Notes: generated by a model from the sequence alone, not told the origin. Counted from the first letter of the stretch, positions 26,184 through 37,146 are shown. The stretch is DNA of 64,000 nucleotides from Patescibacteria group bacterium (GCA_023229115.1 JALNZW010000001.1:6861-70860), one strand, 5' to 3'. Numbers and translations: made by a program.

Positions 26184-26618
26184 ATGTCTCTTATAAAATG
26201 GAGTCCTTTTTTAAGCGACAATTATTTTGATGAGATGGATAAGGTTTTTAGTGAGTTTTCACCATCAACTCGTTCCGTTTCTGGATTTATTCCAGCGGTT
26301 GATATGTATGAAGATAATGACAATGTTATTGTTGAGACTCAATTAGCTGGTATTGACCCCGAGAAAGTAGATATTTCTATTGAGAACGACATCTTGTCGA
26401 TTAAAGGTGAGGCTGAAAAGAAAACTGAAGTTGATGAAAAGAATTATTATCGCAAAGAAATTCGTCGCGGTAGTTTTTATCGTTCAGTTCCACTTCCTAC
26501 TAGGGTTTGTGGAGATGAGGCTTCGGCTGTAGCTGAAGGTGGAATTTTAAAGATTAGCATTCCCAAAGCGCCAGAAGCTAAGCCAAAGTCAATTAAAATT
26601 AAAACAGTTAAAAAATAA
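26184..26618 (+). CDS. Hsp20/alpha-crystallin small heat-shock protein
   Basis: PAVDMYEDNDNVIVETQLAGIDPEKVDISIENDILSIKGE and GILKISIPK. Confidence 0.9.
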   Translation: MSLIKWSPFLSDNYFDEMDKVFSEFSPSTRSVSGFIPAVDMYEDNDNVIVETQLAGIDPEKVDISIENDILSIKGEAEKKTEVDEKNYYRKEIRRGSFYRSVPLPTRVCGDEASAVAEGGILKISIPKAPEAKPKSIKIKTVKK

Positions 26619-26743
26619 ATTGAAGTTCTTAAGATTTCCAGGAATAAATCCTGGAAATTATAAGGGTTTTAATGAATCCGTAAAATAATTAATTAAATTT
26701 TTCAGTTGGTTTTTATTAATTATCAACTGATATATATCAAATT

Positions 26744-28660
26744 ATGTCAAAAGTATTAGGAATTGACTTGGGAACAACCAATTCAGCTATGGCTATTATT
26801 GAAGGTGGCCAAGCTAAAATTTTAGAAAATGTTGAGGGGAATAGAACTACACCTTCAGTGGTGGCTATTTCTAAGAGTGGAGAAAGATTAGTTGGTCAAT
26901 CAGCTAAAAGGCAGGCCGTAACTAATCCTAAAAACACTATTTACGCCGTTAAACGTTTGATTGGCAGAAAATATAGTGACGCTGATGTTAAGCGTGATCT
27001 TGAGCTTGTGCCTTATGAAATAACTCAGGCCGGTGAAGGAGTTAAAGTTAAAATGAATGACAAGGACTATACTCCACAAGAAGCTTCAGCTATGATTTTG
27101 TCTAAATTAAAAGCTGATGCTGAAGCTAAGATTGGAGAGAAAATAACCGAGGCGGTTATTACTGTTCCAGCTTATTTTGATGATGCTCAAAGACAAGCTA
27201 CTAAGGACGCTGGTAAAATAGCTGGCTTAGACGTTAAGAGAATTATTAACGAACCTACAGCAGCTGCTTTAGCTTATGGTTTTGATAAGAAAAAGGGCCA
27301 ACAAGCTGTAGTTTATGATTTAGGTGGTGGAACTTTTGATGTTTCAATTTTAGATATCGTTTCTGATGGTGAACTATCAGTTGAAGTAAAATCAACTAAT
27401 GGTGATACTCACTTGGGTGGAGAAGATTTTGATCAAAGAATTATTGATCATATTATTGCTGAATTTAAAAAGGACCAAGGAATTGATTTGTCAAAGGATT
27501 CTTTGGCTTTGCAAAGAATTAAAGAATCAGCTGAAAAAGCTAAAATTGAATTATCTACTTCTATTGAGACTGAAATTAATCAACCTTTTATTACTACTGA
27601 TGAAAACGGTCCAAAACATTTAGTTATGAAGTTAACTAGATCAAAATTGGAAGAATTAGTAATGGATTTAGTGGATAGAACTTTGGAGCCATGTAAAAAA
27701 GCTTTAGATGATGCTGGTTTGAAATTAGGCGACATTGAAGAAGTTATTATGGTTGGAGGCATGACTCGTATGCCTTTAGTTCAGAAAAAAGTAAAGGAAT
27801 TTTTTGGTAAAGAGCCTAATTTGAGTGTTAATCCTGATGAGGTGGTAGCCGTTGGGGCTGCTGTTCAAGCTGGTGTCTTGCAAGGAGATGTTAAAGATGT
27901 TTTACTTTTAGATGTTACTCCTTTAACCTTAGGTATTGAAACCATGGGCGGAGTTGCCACTCCTTTGATTGAAAGAAATACAACTATTCCTACTTCTAAA
28001 TCGCAGATTTTTTCAACTGCTGCTGATAATCAACCTAGCGTAGAAATTCATGTGGTTCAAGGAGAAAGACCAATGGCAGCTGATAATAAAACATTAGGTA
28101 GATTTATTCTAGATGGTATTCCACCAGCACCTCGTGGAGTTCCACAAGTTGAAGTTACTTTCGATTTAGATGCTAATGGTATTTTAAATGTTTTAGCCAA
28201 AGATAAAGCAACTAATAAAGAGCAAAAAATAACCATTACAGCTTCTTCTGGTTTAAGTAAAGAAGAGATTGAAAAAATGAAAAATGAAGCTGAAATTTAC
28301 GCTGACGAAGACAAGAAGAAAAAAGATAATATTGAAATTAAAAATCAAGCTGAAGCTGTTGTCTTCACTACCGAAAAATTATTAAAAGAATCTGGAGATA
28401 AAATGAAAGAAGAAGATAAAAAAGAATTAGAGGCTAAATTAGAGGAATTGAAAAAAATAAAAGATGGAGAGGATTACGAAGATATGAAAAAGAAAATGGA
28501 GGAATTAAATACCATTGCTCAAAAAATTGGAACTGCTATGTATCAGCAGAATCAATCTGCTCCTGGAGCTGGGGCTAATCCTGGAGAAAATCCAGCAGGT
28601 GCTACCGAAGAGAAAAAAGATGACGGAGTTGTTGAAGGCGAGGTAGAAGAAAAAAAATAA
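26744..28660 (+). CDS. dnaK: molecular chaperone DnaK (Hsp70)
   Basis: [17 protein letters not shown] and VGGMTRMP signatures, at full length. Confidence 0.98.
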   Translation: MSKVLGIDLGTTNSAMAIIEGGQAKILENVEGNRTTPSVVAISKSGERLVGQSAKRQAVTNPKNTIYAVKRLIGRKYSDADVKRDLELVPYEITQAGEGVKVKMNDKDYTPQEASAMILSKLKADAEAKIGEKITEAVITVPAYFDDAQRQATKDAGKIAGLDVKRIINEPTAAALAYGFDKKKGQQAVVYDLGGGTFDVSILDIVSDGELSVEVKSTNGDTHLGGEDFDQRIIDHIIAEFKKDQGIDLSKDSLALQRIKESAEKAKIELSTSIETEINQPFITTDENGPKHLVMKLTRSKLEELVMDLVDRTLEPCKKALDDAGLKLGDIEEVIMVGGMTRMPLVQKKVKEFFGKEPNLSVNPDEVVAVGAAVQAGVLQGDVKDVLLLDVTPLTLGIETMGGVATPLIERNTTIPTSKSQIFSTAADNQPSVEIHVVQGERPMAADNKTLGRFILDGIPPAPRGVPQVEVTFDLDANGILNVLAKDKATNKEQKITITASSGLSKEEIEKMKNEAEIYADEDKKKKDNIEIKNQAEAVVFTTEKLLKESGDKMKEEDKKELEAKLEELKKIKDGEDYEDMKKKMEELNTIAQKIGTAMYQQNQSAPGAGANPGENPAGATEEKKDDGVVEGEVEEKK

Positions 28661-28739
28661 TTTATTCTATAAATTTGTTTTTAGGCCGTTCTAGTTTTGA
28701 ATTAGAACGGCTATAAAAATAAATTTATTTTTAATTTTT

Positions 28740-29825
28740 ATGGCAGGTAAGGATTATTACAGTGCTTTAGGTGTTTCGAAGACGGCCAGTCAAGCTGAAA
28801 TCAAAAATGCTTTTAGGAAATTAGCTCATAAACATCATCCTGATAAAGGTGGTGATGCTAACAAATTTAAAGAAATAAATGAAGCCTATCAAATTTTAGG
28901 CAATGAGCAGAAAAGAAAACAATATGATCAATTTGGCTCTTCAGCTTTTTCTGGTGGTGGAGGTCCAGGTGGTTTTGATTTTTCTGGTTTTCAAGGAGGT
29001 AATTTCTCTGGCTCAGGTATAGATTTTGAAGATTTGGGTGATATTTTTGGTGGATTTGGTGATATGTTCGGCTTCTCAGGGCGTTCTTCTGGTCGTGCTC
29101 AAAGTAAAAGGGGAGCTGACATGGAAGCTATTTTAAATATTGATTTTTTAGAAGCAGCTTTCGGTGCTACTAAAGAAATATTAATTGATAAGAATATTAA
29201 ATGTGAGAAATGTAATGGTAATGGAGCTGAGCCAGGAACTAAAATAGAAACTTGTAAAACTTGCGGTGGTCGAGGAAAAATTTTGAAAAATCAAAGAACT
29301 ATTTTTGGCGCAATGCAAGTAGAAGCTATTTGCCCTGATTGTCAGGGAGAAGGTCAAAGCTATGCTCACAAATGTTCAAAATGTTCGGGCACAGGAATAC
29401 ATAAGGGACAGGAAAAATTAAAAGTTAAAATTCCGGCTGGCATAGACAATGGTGAAGCAATTAGATTGTCTGGTAGGGGAAATGCTGGGTTAAAAGGATC
29501 TCCTAGTGGTGATTTGATTTTAATTATCAAGATTAAACCATCTGATGATTTTAAGAGAGATTCTTATGATATTTATACTAAAAAATCTATTAGTATCAAG
29601 CAGGCTATTTTAGGTGATAAAATTGATATTAAAACTATTCACGGAGATGTTGTTTTAAAAATACCAGAGGGTACTCAATCGGGCACAACCTTTAAAATTA
29701 AAGGCAAGGGGATTGAAAAGTTAAGAGGTTCTGGCCTTGGTGATCATTTCGTTGAAATATTAGTAAATATTCCCAAGGGACTTCCTCGCAAGGATCGAAA
29801 AACTTTAGAAGAATTAGATATTTAA
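28740..29825 (+). CDS. dnaJ: molecular chaperone DnaJ
   Basis: J-domain HPD (HKHHPDKGG), a G/F region and four CxxCxGxG zinc motifs. Confidence 0.97.
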   Translation: MAGKDYYSALGVSKTASQAEIKNAFRKLAHKHHPDKGGDANKFKEINEAYQILGNEQKRKQYDQFGSSAFSGGGGPGGFDFSGFQGGNFSGSGIDFEDLGDIFGGFGDMFGFSGRSSGRAQSKRGADMEAILNIDFLEAAFGATKEILIDKNIKCEKCNGNGAEPGTKIETCKTCGGRGKILKNQRTIFGAMQVEAICPDCQGEGQSYAHKCSKCSGTGIHKGQEKLKVKIPAGIDNGEAIRLSGRGNAGLKGSPSGDLILIIKIKPSDDFKRDSYDIYTKKSISIKQAILGDKIDIKTIHGDVVLKIPEGTQSGTTFKIKGKGIEKLRGSGLGDHFVEILVNIPKGLPRKDRKTLEELDI

Positions 29826-29828
29826 TTT

Positions 29829-30677
29829 ATGTATATTGATACTCATTGTCACTTAAATTTTAAAGATTTCAAGGATGATTATAGACAAGTAGCTGAAAGG
29901 GCTTTGTCTAATCAAGTTGAGATGGTTGTGGTTGGTTCGGAGTTAAAAACTTCGAATCGATCTGTTTCTTTGTCTAAAGAATTTGAACAAGGTGTTTATA
30001 GTGCTGTCGGTCTTCATCCTATACATTTGCAGGACATTTTAGTTAAAAATGATAATGAAAATAGTAAATATGAATTTAGAAGTAAAAAAGAGGAGTATCA
30101 AGAAGAGCCTTATTTAAAATTAGTTAAGTCTAGTAATAAGGTAGCAGCTATTGGTGAAATTGGTCTTGATTATTATCATATTGATGCTAATTCTGAGCAG
30201 AAAATTAAAGGTGTTAAAAATTTACAACAGGAAGTTTTTTATAAACAACTAGAGCTGGCTAAAAAAGTTGAACTGCCAGTTATTATTCATTGTCGTGAAG
30301 CTCATGACGATTTACTTCCCATTTTAAAAGACTTTTATTCTAAGAATAGTTTTCAAAAAGAATGGGGAGTTATTCATTGTTTTTCTGGCGATTTAGATTT
30401 GGCTAAAAAATATTGGGATATGGGATTACTTACTTCTTTTACCGGACTTATAACTTTTGTTAAACAATGGGATTCTTTAATTGAGAAAGCTCCTTTTGAC
30501 AAAATAATGATTGAAACTGACTCTCCCTATTTATCACCGACTCCTCACAGAGGACAAAGAAATGAACCTTTGTATGTAAAAGAGGTCGCCAAAAGAATAG
30601 CTGAATTAAAAAAACAGGATATCTTACTGGTAGAAGAAGAGCTTTACAAAACTTCTAAAAGATTTTTCAGTATTTAA
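29829..30677 (+). CDS. tatD: TatD-family metal-dependent hydrolase/DNase
   Basis: IDTHCHL, GEIGLDY, IIHCR and ETDSPYL motifs. Confidence 0.9.
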   Translation: MYIDTHCHLNFKDFKDDYRQVAERALSNQVEMVVVGSELKTSNRSVSLSKEFEQGVYSAVGLHPIHLQDILVKNDNENSKYEFRSKKEEYQEEPYLKLVKSSNKVAAIGEIGLDYYHIDANSEQKIKGVKNLQQEVFYKQLELAKKVELPVIIHCREAHDDLLPILKDFYSKNSFQKEWGVIHCFSGDLDLAKKYWDMGLLTSFTGLITFVKQWDSLIEKAPFDKIMIETDSPYLSPTPHRGQRNEPLYVKEVAKRIAELKKQDILLVEEELYKTSKRFFSI

Positions 30678-30704
30678 TTTAATATTTATTTCTTTATTTT
30701 TCTT

Positions 30705-30729
30705 AACGAGCAGAGCCTGCTCGTTATTT
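30705..30729 (+). terminator. rho-independent terminator
   Basis: AACGAGCAG-agc-CTGCTCGTT followed by a T-rich tract. Confidence 0.65.
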
Positions 30730-30803
30730 GTTTATTTTTCTTTTTTATTGTATAATGAGGATAGAGATAAAATAAACTAATTGCCTTTTTTGGGCTCAAA
30801 AAT

Positions 30804-31295
30804 ATGAAAAAATTTTTTTTATTTATTTTTTTAATTTCAGGCTTGGTGTTTTTTTCAGCTTGTTCTCTAGGTAAAAATAAAGTTGATAAAGTTAGCCACG
30901 AGGCTAATGCTAAAAATATTTGTGATTACCTTTGTGTCTCTGCCTCTAAAAGCTGTTTAGAGCTATCTTCTAATTTGTGTTCTAAGCTTTGTGATAGTTG
31001 GGATGATAGTCAAAAGGATTGTGTTCGAGCAGCTACTAACTGTGATGATTTATATAATAAATGTCAAATCGGAAAAGATTTTGTTTTTAAGCCAAAACTA
31101 GATAGTCCTTGCTCTTTAGCTTGCAAGAATTATGTTGGAAAATGTGATATTCAGTCTAAGCAGACTAAAGATGTTAACGATCAAAATGTTTTTGATGAGT
31201 GTTTATTGCAATGTGAAAATTGGACATCTAAACAAGTGGAATGCGTAAAAAACGCTGAGCTTTGTTCAGGCATAATGATTGAGTGCGGATCTTAA
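30804..31295 (+). CDS. Cys-rich lipoprotein with an internally duplicated module
   Basis: Lipobox VFFSAC and about 20 Cys. The repeat units are LCDSWDDSQKDCVRAATNCDDLYNKC and QCENWTSKQVECVKNAELCSGIMIEC. Confidence 0.6.
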   Translation: MKKFFLFIFLISGLVFFSACSLGKNKVDKVSHEANAKNICDYLCVSASKSCLELSSNLCSKLCDSWDDSQKDCVRAATNCDDLYNKCQIGKDFVFKPKLDSPCSLACKNYVGKCDIQSKQTKDVNDQNVFDECLLQCENWTSKQVECVKNAELCSGIMIECGS

Positions 31296-31316
31296 TTTGA
31301 TTTTAAATATAAATTT

Positions 31317-32537
31317 ATGAAGAAAAAAATTCTTCTTTTATTTCTTTTGTTGATGGTTATTGTTTTTGCCATCTTTTTTTATTTTATAAGTAGGAATAAA
31401 AATAAAACTATTAAAATAGTGGCAGTGGCTACTATGCGTGGAATTAGTGCTGGAGTTGAAACTGTTAATGGGATGAAAATTGCTTTAAAAGAGAACAATA
31501 ATCTTGGTAAAGATTACAAAGAAAGCAATTATTTTACCGGTGATTATACAATTGAACTAGAGGTTATGGATAATGGTGATGAAAATGGTTTGTGGCGTGA
31601 TTATTTAGAGAAAGAAATAGTTGAAAGAGCTGTTGCTGACAAGGATGTTCTTGTTTATTTAGGGCCAATAGATAGCGGAGCTTCTAAAATTAGCATACCT
31701 GTAACCAATAAGGCGGGTTTGGCTCAAATTAGTTCTATAAATACTTGGCCAGGATTAACTCAGCCTGGTTTTGCTATTGGAGAGCCAGGAATATTTTATC
31801 CAACTGGGGTTCGTAATTATTTTAGAGTTTGCCCAACTGATTCTTTACAAGGTGTTTATGGGGCTGTTTGGGCTAAAGAAATGGGTTTCGAAAATATTTT
31901 AATTTTTGATGATGGTGAGTCTTATGGTCGAGGCTTGGCTGGTATTTTTAAACAAAAAGCGACAAATTTGGGGCTAAATATTTTAGCTCATAATTCTTTT
32001 AATAGGGAAGATGATTTGTTGTTAACTGAAATTGCTCTAGTTCAAGAATTGAAACCCGATTTAGTTTATTTTTCAGGGACTACTTCTATTGGCTTGATAT
32101 CTTTAATCAATAGTATTTCCGATCTTAATATGGGGATTAAATTTATGGGCGTTGATGGAATCATGGATCAGGCTTTGATTGATCAAACTGGTCGTAATTC
32201 TGAAGGCCTCATGCTTACCTCCGTTGGTTTACCGATAGAGAAGATTGACAATGATAAAGCTAGGCAGTTTTATAAAAATTACTATGATGAATATGGCGAG
32301 TATCCAACTATTTATTCTGGTTTTGGTTATGAGGCTATGTCAGCTGCTTTGATGGCTATTAATCGTATTGACTCTCCAGATAGAAAAAAAGTAATAGACG
32401 AACTTTCTTCTTTGGATAATTTTTCTGGTCTTTTTGGTCAGTGGGGCTTTGACTCTAATGGAGATACTAGTCTGTCTTTGATTAGTGCTAATGTGGTTAA
32501 GGAGGGAAAATTTGTTTTTGAAAAATTGTTAAAATAA
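31317..32537 (+). CDS. periplasmic-binding-protein type 1 (LivK/Peripla_BP_6-like) substrate-binding protein, membrane-anchored
   Basis: N-terminal TM, then LGPIDSGASK, YFRVCPTD and similar patterns typical of branched-chain amino-acid-type binding proteins. Confidence 0.7.
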   Translation: MKKKILLLFLLLMVIVFAIFFYFISRNKNKTIKIVAVATMRGISAGVETVNGMKIALKENNNLGKDYKESNYFTGDYTIELEVMDNGDENGLWRDYLEKEIVERAVADKDVLVYLGPIDSGASKISIPVTNKAGLAQISSINTWPGLTQPGFAIGEPGIFYPTGVRNYFRVCPTDSLQGVYGAVWAKEMGFENILIFDDGESYGRGLAGIFKQKATNLGLNILAHNSFNREDDLLLTEIALVQELKPDLVYFSGTTSIGLISLINSISDLNMGIKFMGVDGIMDQALIDQTGRNSEGLMLTSVGLPIEKIDNDKARQFYKNYYDEYGEYPTIYSGFGYEAMSAALMAINRIDSPDRKKVIDELSSLDNFSGLFGQWGFDSNGDTSLSLISANVVKEGKFVFEKLLK

Positions 32538-32540
32538 TAA

Positions 32541-34574
32541 ATGAGAAGGAAAGCTGATAAAAATATTAGATTTTTAAAAAGGAAGGAGATAAAATTTCTT
32601 TTCCCTTATTTTTTATTTTCTTTGTTTATTTTTGTTTTGTTTTTTTCTTTTGTTTTTTATAGTTACAATGAACAAATATCGTTTGTAGAAAAAAGCCAAG
32701 AGGAATTAGGACTTCGAGTAAGTGGAGAAATCAATTCTTTTATTATTAGGGTTTTTGATGACTTGGAGATTTTAAGTAAAGGCTTAGCTTGCTTTGAATG
32801 CGAGGATAGGAACAAAGAAATGATTGAATCTTTGTTTGATGTAAATCCTTACATTTATAGTGTTTGTGTTTTTGCCGAAGAAAGTAATGATAAGATTTTT
32901 TCTTTAAATCGTTATTCTTCTGATAGCTTTAATGCATCCGAACAAACTTTTAATGATTTGTTGAGTGTTCAAAAAGATTATTATCTTAGTTCGGTTAATA
33001 TTTCTGATTATGGTCTTCCTTTTATTTTGGTTTCCATTCCTGTTTTTGATAATAACGAGAAGAAAGTAGCCACTTTGGTTTCTCAAGTAGATTTAACCGC
33101 TCTCTGGGATATTGTTTCTAAAAGTTCTTTTCAAGATAGTGGCTATGTTTATTTGTTAGATGATAGTGCTCGTTTAATTTCTTATAAGGATATTTCTGTT
33201 GTAATGAACGAGAGCAATTTGGGTGACGTTGAGATTGTTAGGGACTTTCTGGAGCACAAGCATTCCTTTGCTTTTTATTCATCTTATTTTACTAATAAGG
33301 TTTTTGGTTCTTGGTCCTATATTGAAACAACTGCTTGGGGATTATTTGTAGAGCTTCCAGTGCGAGAATTTGTTTTTGATTTCTTGCCTTTTATAGTTTT
33401 TAGTATTTTTGTTTTTATTCTTTTGTTGATATTTATTTTTAAAATACTTTCTTTAATGTATAAACTGGAGAGGGCCAATATTAGAATAAGCGAGAGTGAG
33501 AAAAAGTTTAGAAGTTATATAGACGAAGCTCCTGATGGTATTATGGTTATCGATTATAGTGGTAAGATAATAGAGTTTAATAATGCTTTAGTTAAAACTA
33601 CTATGTATTCTCAAGCTAAATTAAGGAATTTTAAAATTTATGATTTAATATGTGAAGATAGTCATGATTTAATTAAGAATCATATTAATGAAGTTATTAA
33701 AAGGGGGAGTGATGAAATTGATGTTTTGCATAAAAGAGCCAACCTTAAAAATGTTTGTAGTTATTATTTTAATCTTAGCAGTGTTAGATTGTCCGATCAA
33801 TTTATCTTAGTTTTTGCTAAGGACGTAACTAGAGAAAGGGAGGTTGATAAAGCTAAAACTGAGTTCGTTTCTTTGGCTTCTCATCAACTTAGAACACCTT
33901 TATCGGCTATAAATTGGTATTCAGAGATGTTGTTGGCTGGTGATGGTGGAAAGCTTAGCAAGAACCAAAAGAAATTTGCTCAAGAAATATCTGATAGCAA
34001 TAAAAGAATGGTCGAATTAGTTAATTCTTTGCTTAACGTTTCTCGCTTAGAAACAGGAACTTTTATGATTGATCCTGAACCAACTAATTTTATTGCTGTC
34101 ATGGATGACGTTTTAAAAGAGCAAACAGTAACTGTACTTGAGAAGAATATAAATATTAAAAAGAACTACGATAAAAAAATAGCTAATTTAAATTATGATC
34201 CTAAACTTTTAAGAATAGTCTTTCAGAATTTGGTTTCTAATGCTGTTAAATATAGCCCTCCAGATAGCACGGTTTCACTTAAAATAAAAATTAATCAAAA
34301 AAAGAAGAATGTTGATATTAAGATTAGTGACCAGGGTTATGGAATACAAAGTAATCAGCAAAATCAAGTATTTCAAAAACTTTTTCGAGCTGATAATATT
34401 AAAAAAAGAAACACTGAAGGTACTGGATTGGGCCTCTATATCGTAAAGGCAATTATTACTAGTTTTGGTGGTAGCGTTGATTTCAAATCTCAAGAAAACA
34501 AAGGCACAACTTTTTATATCTCTCTGCCCTTGAAGGGTGTGGCTAAAAAAGAAGGTAATAAGTCTTTGTCTTAG
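32541..34574 (+). CDS. sensor histidine kinase (extracytoplasmic sensor, PAS, HisKA, HATPase_c)
   Basis: H-box SLASHQLRTPLSAI, N-box LVSNAVKYSP and G-boxes DQGYGI and GTGLGLYIV. Confidence 0.9.
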   Translation: MRRKADKNIRFLKRKEIKFLFPYFLFSLFIFVLFFSFVFYSYNEQISFVEKSQEELGLRVSGEINSFIIRVFDDLEILSKGLACFECEDRNKEMIESLFDVNPYIYSVCVFAEESNDKIFSLNRYSSDSFNASEQTFNDLLSVQKDYYLSSVNISDYGLPFILVSIPVFDNNEKKVATLVSQVDLTALWDIVSKSSFQDSGYVYLLDDSARLISYKDISVVMNESNLGDVEIVRDFLEHKHSFAFYSSYFTNKVFGSWSYIETTAWGLFVELPVREFVFDFLPFIVFSIFVFILLLIFIFKILSLMYKLERANIRISESEKKFRSYIDEAPDGIMVIDYSGKIIEFNNALVKTTMYSQAKLRNFKIYDLICEDSHDLIKNHINEVIKRGSDEIDVLHKRANLKNVCSYYFNLSSVRLSDQFILVFAKDVTREREVDKAKTEFVSLASHQLRTPLSAINWYSEMLLAGDGGKLSKNQKKFAQEISDSNKRMVELVNSLLNVSRLETGTFMIDPEPTNFIAVMDDVLKEQTVTVLEKNINIKKNYDKKIANLNYDPKLLRIVFQNLVSNAVKYSPPDSTVSLKIKINQKKKNVDIKISDQGYGIQSNQQNQVFQKLFRADNIKKRNTEGTGLGLYIVKAIITSFGGSVDFKSQENKGTTFYISLPLKGVAKKEGNKSLS

Positions 34575-34590
34575 TAGTAATTATAAAAAA

Positions 34591-34971
34591 ATGAAAGTAA
34601 ATAAAAAGATTTTAATAGTTGAGGATGAAAGACCCTTGGCCGATGCTATTAAATTAAAGTTAGAGATTAATAATTTTATTGTTTTTGTGGCTAAATCAGT
34701 TGTTGAGGCTTTTGAAATTATTAAGGATAACAAGATTGATTTTATTTGGCTTGATCATTATTTGCCAGGAGAGGAGAGTGGTCTTGATTTTGTAATTAAA
34801 ATAAGATCCTCTAAATCTGTTAATAAGAACATCCCTATTTTTGTGGTTTCCAATACAGCCGGTAATGATAAGATAAAATCTTATATAAATTTTGGAATTA
34901 ATAAATATTATGTTAAATCTGATTATAGTTTAGAGGATATAATTTCTGATTTAAAAATAGTTTTGAAATAA
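34591..34971 (+). CDS. single-domain response regulator (receiver only)
   Basis: KILIVEDE, the phospho-acceptor context FIWLDHYLPG, and no output domain. The start is set at ATG 34591. Confidence 0.85.
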   Translation: MKVNKKILIVEDERPLADAIKLKLEINNFIVFVAKSVVEAFEIIKDNKIDFIWLDHYLPGEESGLDFVIKIRSSKSVNKNIPIFVVSNTAGNDKIKSYINFGINKYYVKSDYSLEDIISDLKIVLK

Positions 34972-35715
34972 TCAGCCGTGAGCCAATACCAAGCCCCAAA
35001 TTTCTGAGGCTTGGTATTTTTTTATAACTTTACTAATTTCTTCTAGGGTTGAACCACTAGTGCTAATATCGTCTACAATTATTATTTTTTTGCCTTTTAT
35101 TTCTATTTGAGCCTTCTTCTCATCTAAAAAAGAAAAGCATTTATTGAGATTGGTTTTTCTCTCAGAAAGTTTTAGCTTAGCTTGATTATCGCTTTCTCTA
35201 ATCTTAATTAAATTTTTAGAAATTTTTATCCCTTCTTTTTCTGATATTATTTGAGCTAGTATTTCACTTTGATTAAATCCTCGCCATCTCAATCTCTTAG
35301 AGGAAAGGGGAACTGGGATTAAAAGTGAGTTTTGTTTAGTAAATTTTTTTTCTTTTTTTCTTTTAAATAATATTGGATTATTTTCGTTTTTTTCTTTAAA
35401 AAAATTAAATAAAAATAGGCCAAGATAATAGCCTATTTCTTTTACGAAGTTGTATTTAAAGTTTGTAATTAATTTTTCTATTTTAGAATCATTGAGATTT
35501 GTAGCAACCATCACTCCTTGATAACTGAAATTATCTTGACAGTTTGAACAGAACTGACCATTTTCATTTTTAGAGCCGCAATTTAAGCAAGATTGCTCTT
35601 TGAATTTTAATGATTTAAAACATTTTTGACATAAATAGACACCTAATTCTTTTTCACACAATAAACATTCTCTAGGAAATAAAGAGTTAATTAAAAAATT
35701 TATTATTCTTTTCAC
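34972..35715 (-). CDS. comF: ComF-family protein (zinc-finger plus phosphoribosyltransferase domain)
   Basis: N-terminal CxxC pairs (CLLCEKE..CQKC..CLNC) and the C-terminal PRTase motif IIIVDDISTSGST. Confidence 0.8.
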   Translation of the reverse strand: MKRIINFLINSLFPRECLLCEKELGVYLCQKCFKSLKFKEQSCLNCGSKNENGQFCSNCQDNFSYQGVMVATNLNDSKIEKLITNFKYNFVKEIGYYLGLFLFNFFKEKNENNPILFKRKKEKKFTKQNSLLIPVPLSSKRLRWRGFNQSEILAQIISEKEGIKISKNLIKIRESDNQAKLKLSERKTNLNKCFSFLDEKKAQIEIKGKKIIIVDDISTSGSTLEEISKVIKKYQASEIWGLVLAHG

Positions 35716-35745
35716 TTTCTTAAGTTGGAGCTAGAAAGAAAGGTT

Positions 35746-37014
35746 TTATTTTAAATTTATTTTATGGATTTGACCAGTAATATGATCAGTAAAAAATAGA
35801 TTATCTTGATTTTTATCAACTACTATAGATGATATGTTATAAGCTTGATCAGGAACTGCTATTAAGGTTTTTAGGCCAGTTTCAACGTTTATTTTGTATA
35901 AATCATCGGATGTTTTTAAAGCTAATTCTGGGAACATTCCAGCCATTTCATCTAGTTCTTTTGGCACGGCACAATAAACTTCAGAGTCGCTAGCAAAGGT
36001 ACATTTTTCGGCCCATGTTTCTAGTTGTAAGCTTCTGCGATCAGTTCCAATATTATTGCCACTAGCATTAACAATCCAGATTTTTGGTTTTAAATTGTCT
36101 TTAGGTGAATAAACACTATAAAGTAATTTGTCTCCGTCTTGTGACCACTGTGGTTGAAAACCCCAACCCTCAACAATGGTAGATTTAAAATTTTGACCGT
36201 ATTCTCCTATAAAGAAAACTTCTCTTCGATTGGCGTCAACTCCTTGAGTGTACATTCCGACTGATTGAGTGTTAGGTGACCAGGAAGGTATAACCCATTT
36301 ATCATTCTCTCCTATATGCTCCAATTTTTTAGTCTGAGTTCCATCACTATTAGAAACAACTAACCATCTATTATCAGGATCGATTCCTAAGCTTTTGTTA
36401 ACTAGCTTTTCGCTGTCAGGGGAAAAGGTAAAATCTTCCCAGTGTTTAGGAAGAGTTACTTGTTTGCTGGTAGAGAAGTCATAAATTATTTTAGTTTGAT
36501 CAGGGTATTCAATTACAGCCTTGGTTTTGTTGGGAGCCCATTCAACATCACTTACATTATGAAAGACTTTATCACTTAAAGGAATTAAATCCCCCTCGTC
36601 GTTTACTAAATAAAATTTTCCATCGTCTTTGTTGTAAAACTGAACTGAACCTCCATCTCTTCCAAGTGTTGGTTCCATTGTTTTGGATTCAACTATAGTG
36701 GTTGTTTTAGTTATTCCGCCAACTGCTATTTGATCGGCATCACCGACACCTTCTACTTGTTGGGCTTCTTGTGGTGAACTTGGCTTGTCGTCACTAACAT
36801 CAATTGGTTTCGTTGGTTCAGTGCCATCTATTATCGGTGTTCCGTCTGGTGAGGTTGGTAATCCGTCTATGATCGTTTTGTCTGGGTCTTTTTGTTTTCC
36901 TGGTATTATTGATTCTTGTTTAAAAAATACTTTCCAAATAAAAAAACCAACAATGAAGACTATTGCTAAGAAGGCTAGGACCAATAGAGCTTTTTTTATT
37001 TTGTTCTTTTCCAT
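35746..37014 (-). CDS. membrane-anchored TolB-like beta-propeller protein
   Basis: N-terminal TM, a Pro-rich linker, and repeated FSPDS, WSPN and WSQDGDKLLYS blades. Confidence 0.6.
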   Translation of the reverse strand: MEKNKIKKALLVLAFLAIVFIVGFFIWKVFFKQESIIPGKQKDPDKTIIDGLPTSPDGTPIIDGTEPTKPIDVSDDKPSSPQEAQQVEGVGDADQIAVGGITKTTTIVESKTMEPTLGRDGGSVQFYNKDDGKFYLVNDEGDLIPLSDKVFHNVSDVEWAPNKTKAVIEYPDQTKIIYDFSTSKQVTLPKHWEDFTFSPDSEKLVNKSLGIDPDNRWLVVSNSDGTQTKKLEHIGENDKWVIPSWSPNTQSVGMYTQGVDANRREVFFIGEYGQNFKSTIVEGWGFQPQWSQDGDKLLYSVYSPKDNLKPKIWIVNASGNNIGTDRRSLQLETWAEKCTFASDSEVYCAVPKELDEMAGMFPELALKTSDDLYKINVETGLKTLIAVPDQAYNISSIVVDKNQDNLFFTDHITGQIHKINLK

Positions 37015-37146
37015 TTTTTATTTTTGTGTTATAATTATACTAGATATAGTTATAACGACTATTTACTTATTTTGTATATCTGTTGAAATAATAGCATATT
37101 TTTTTGATAAAATCAATTTTGCTTAAAAATAAATAAAATAAAAATT

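Noticed and set aside
28685-28711. GCCGTTCTA...TAGAACGGC hairpin after dnaK, considered as a terminator.
   Set aside because: The stem is good, but no T-run follows on the + strand, and dnaJ begins 29 nt later. It more likely acts as an mRNA stability or partial-attenuation element, so it is not listed as a terminator.
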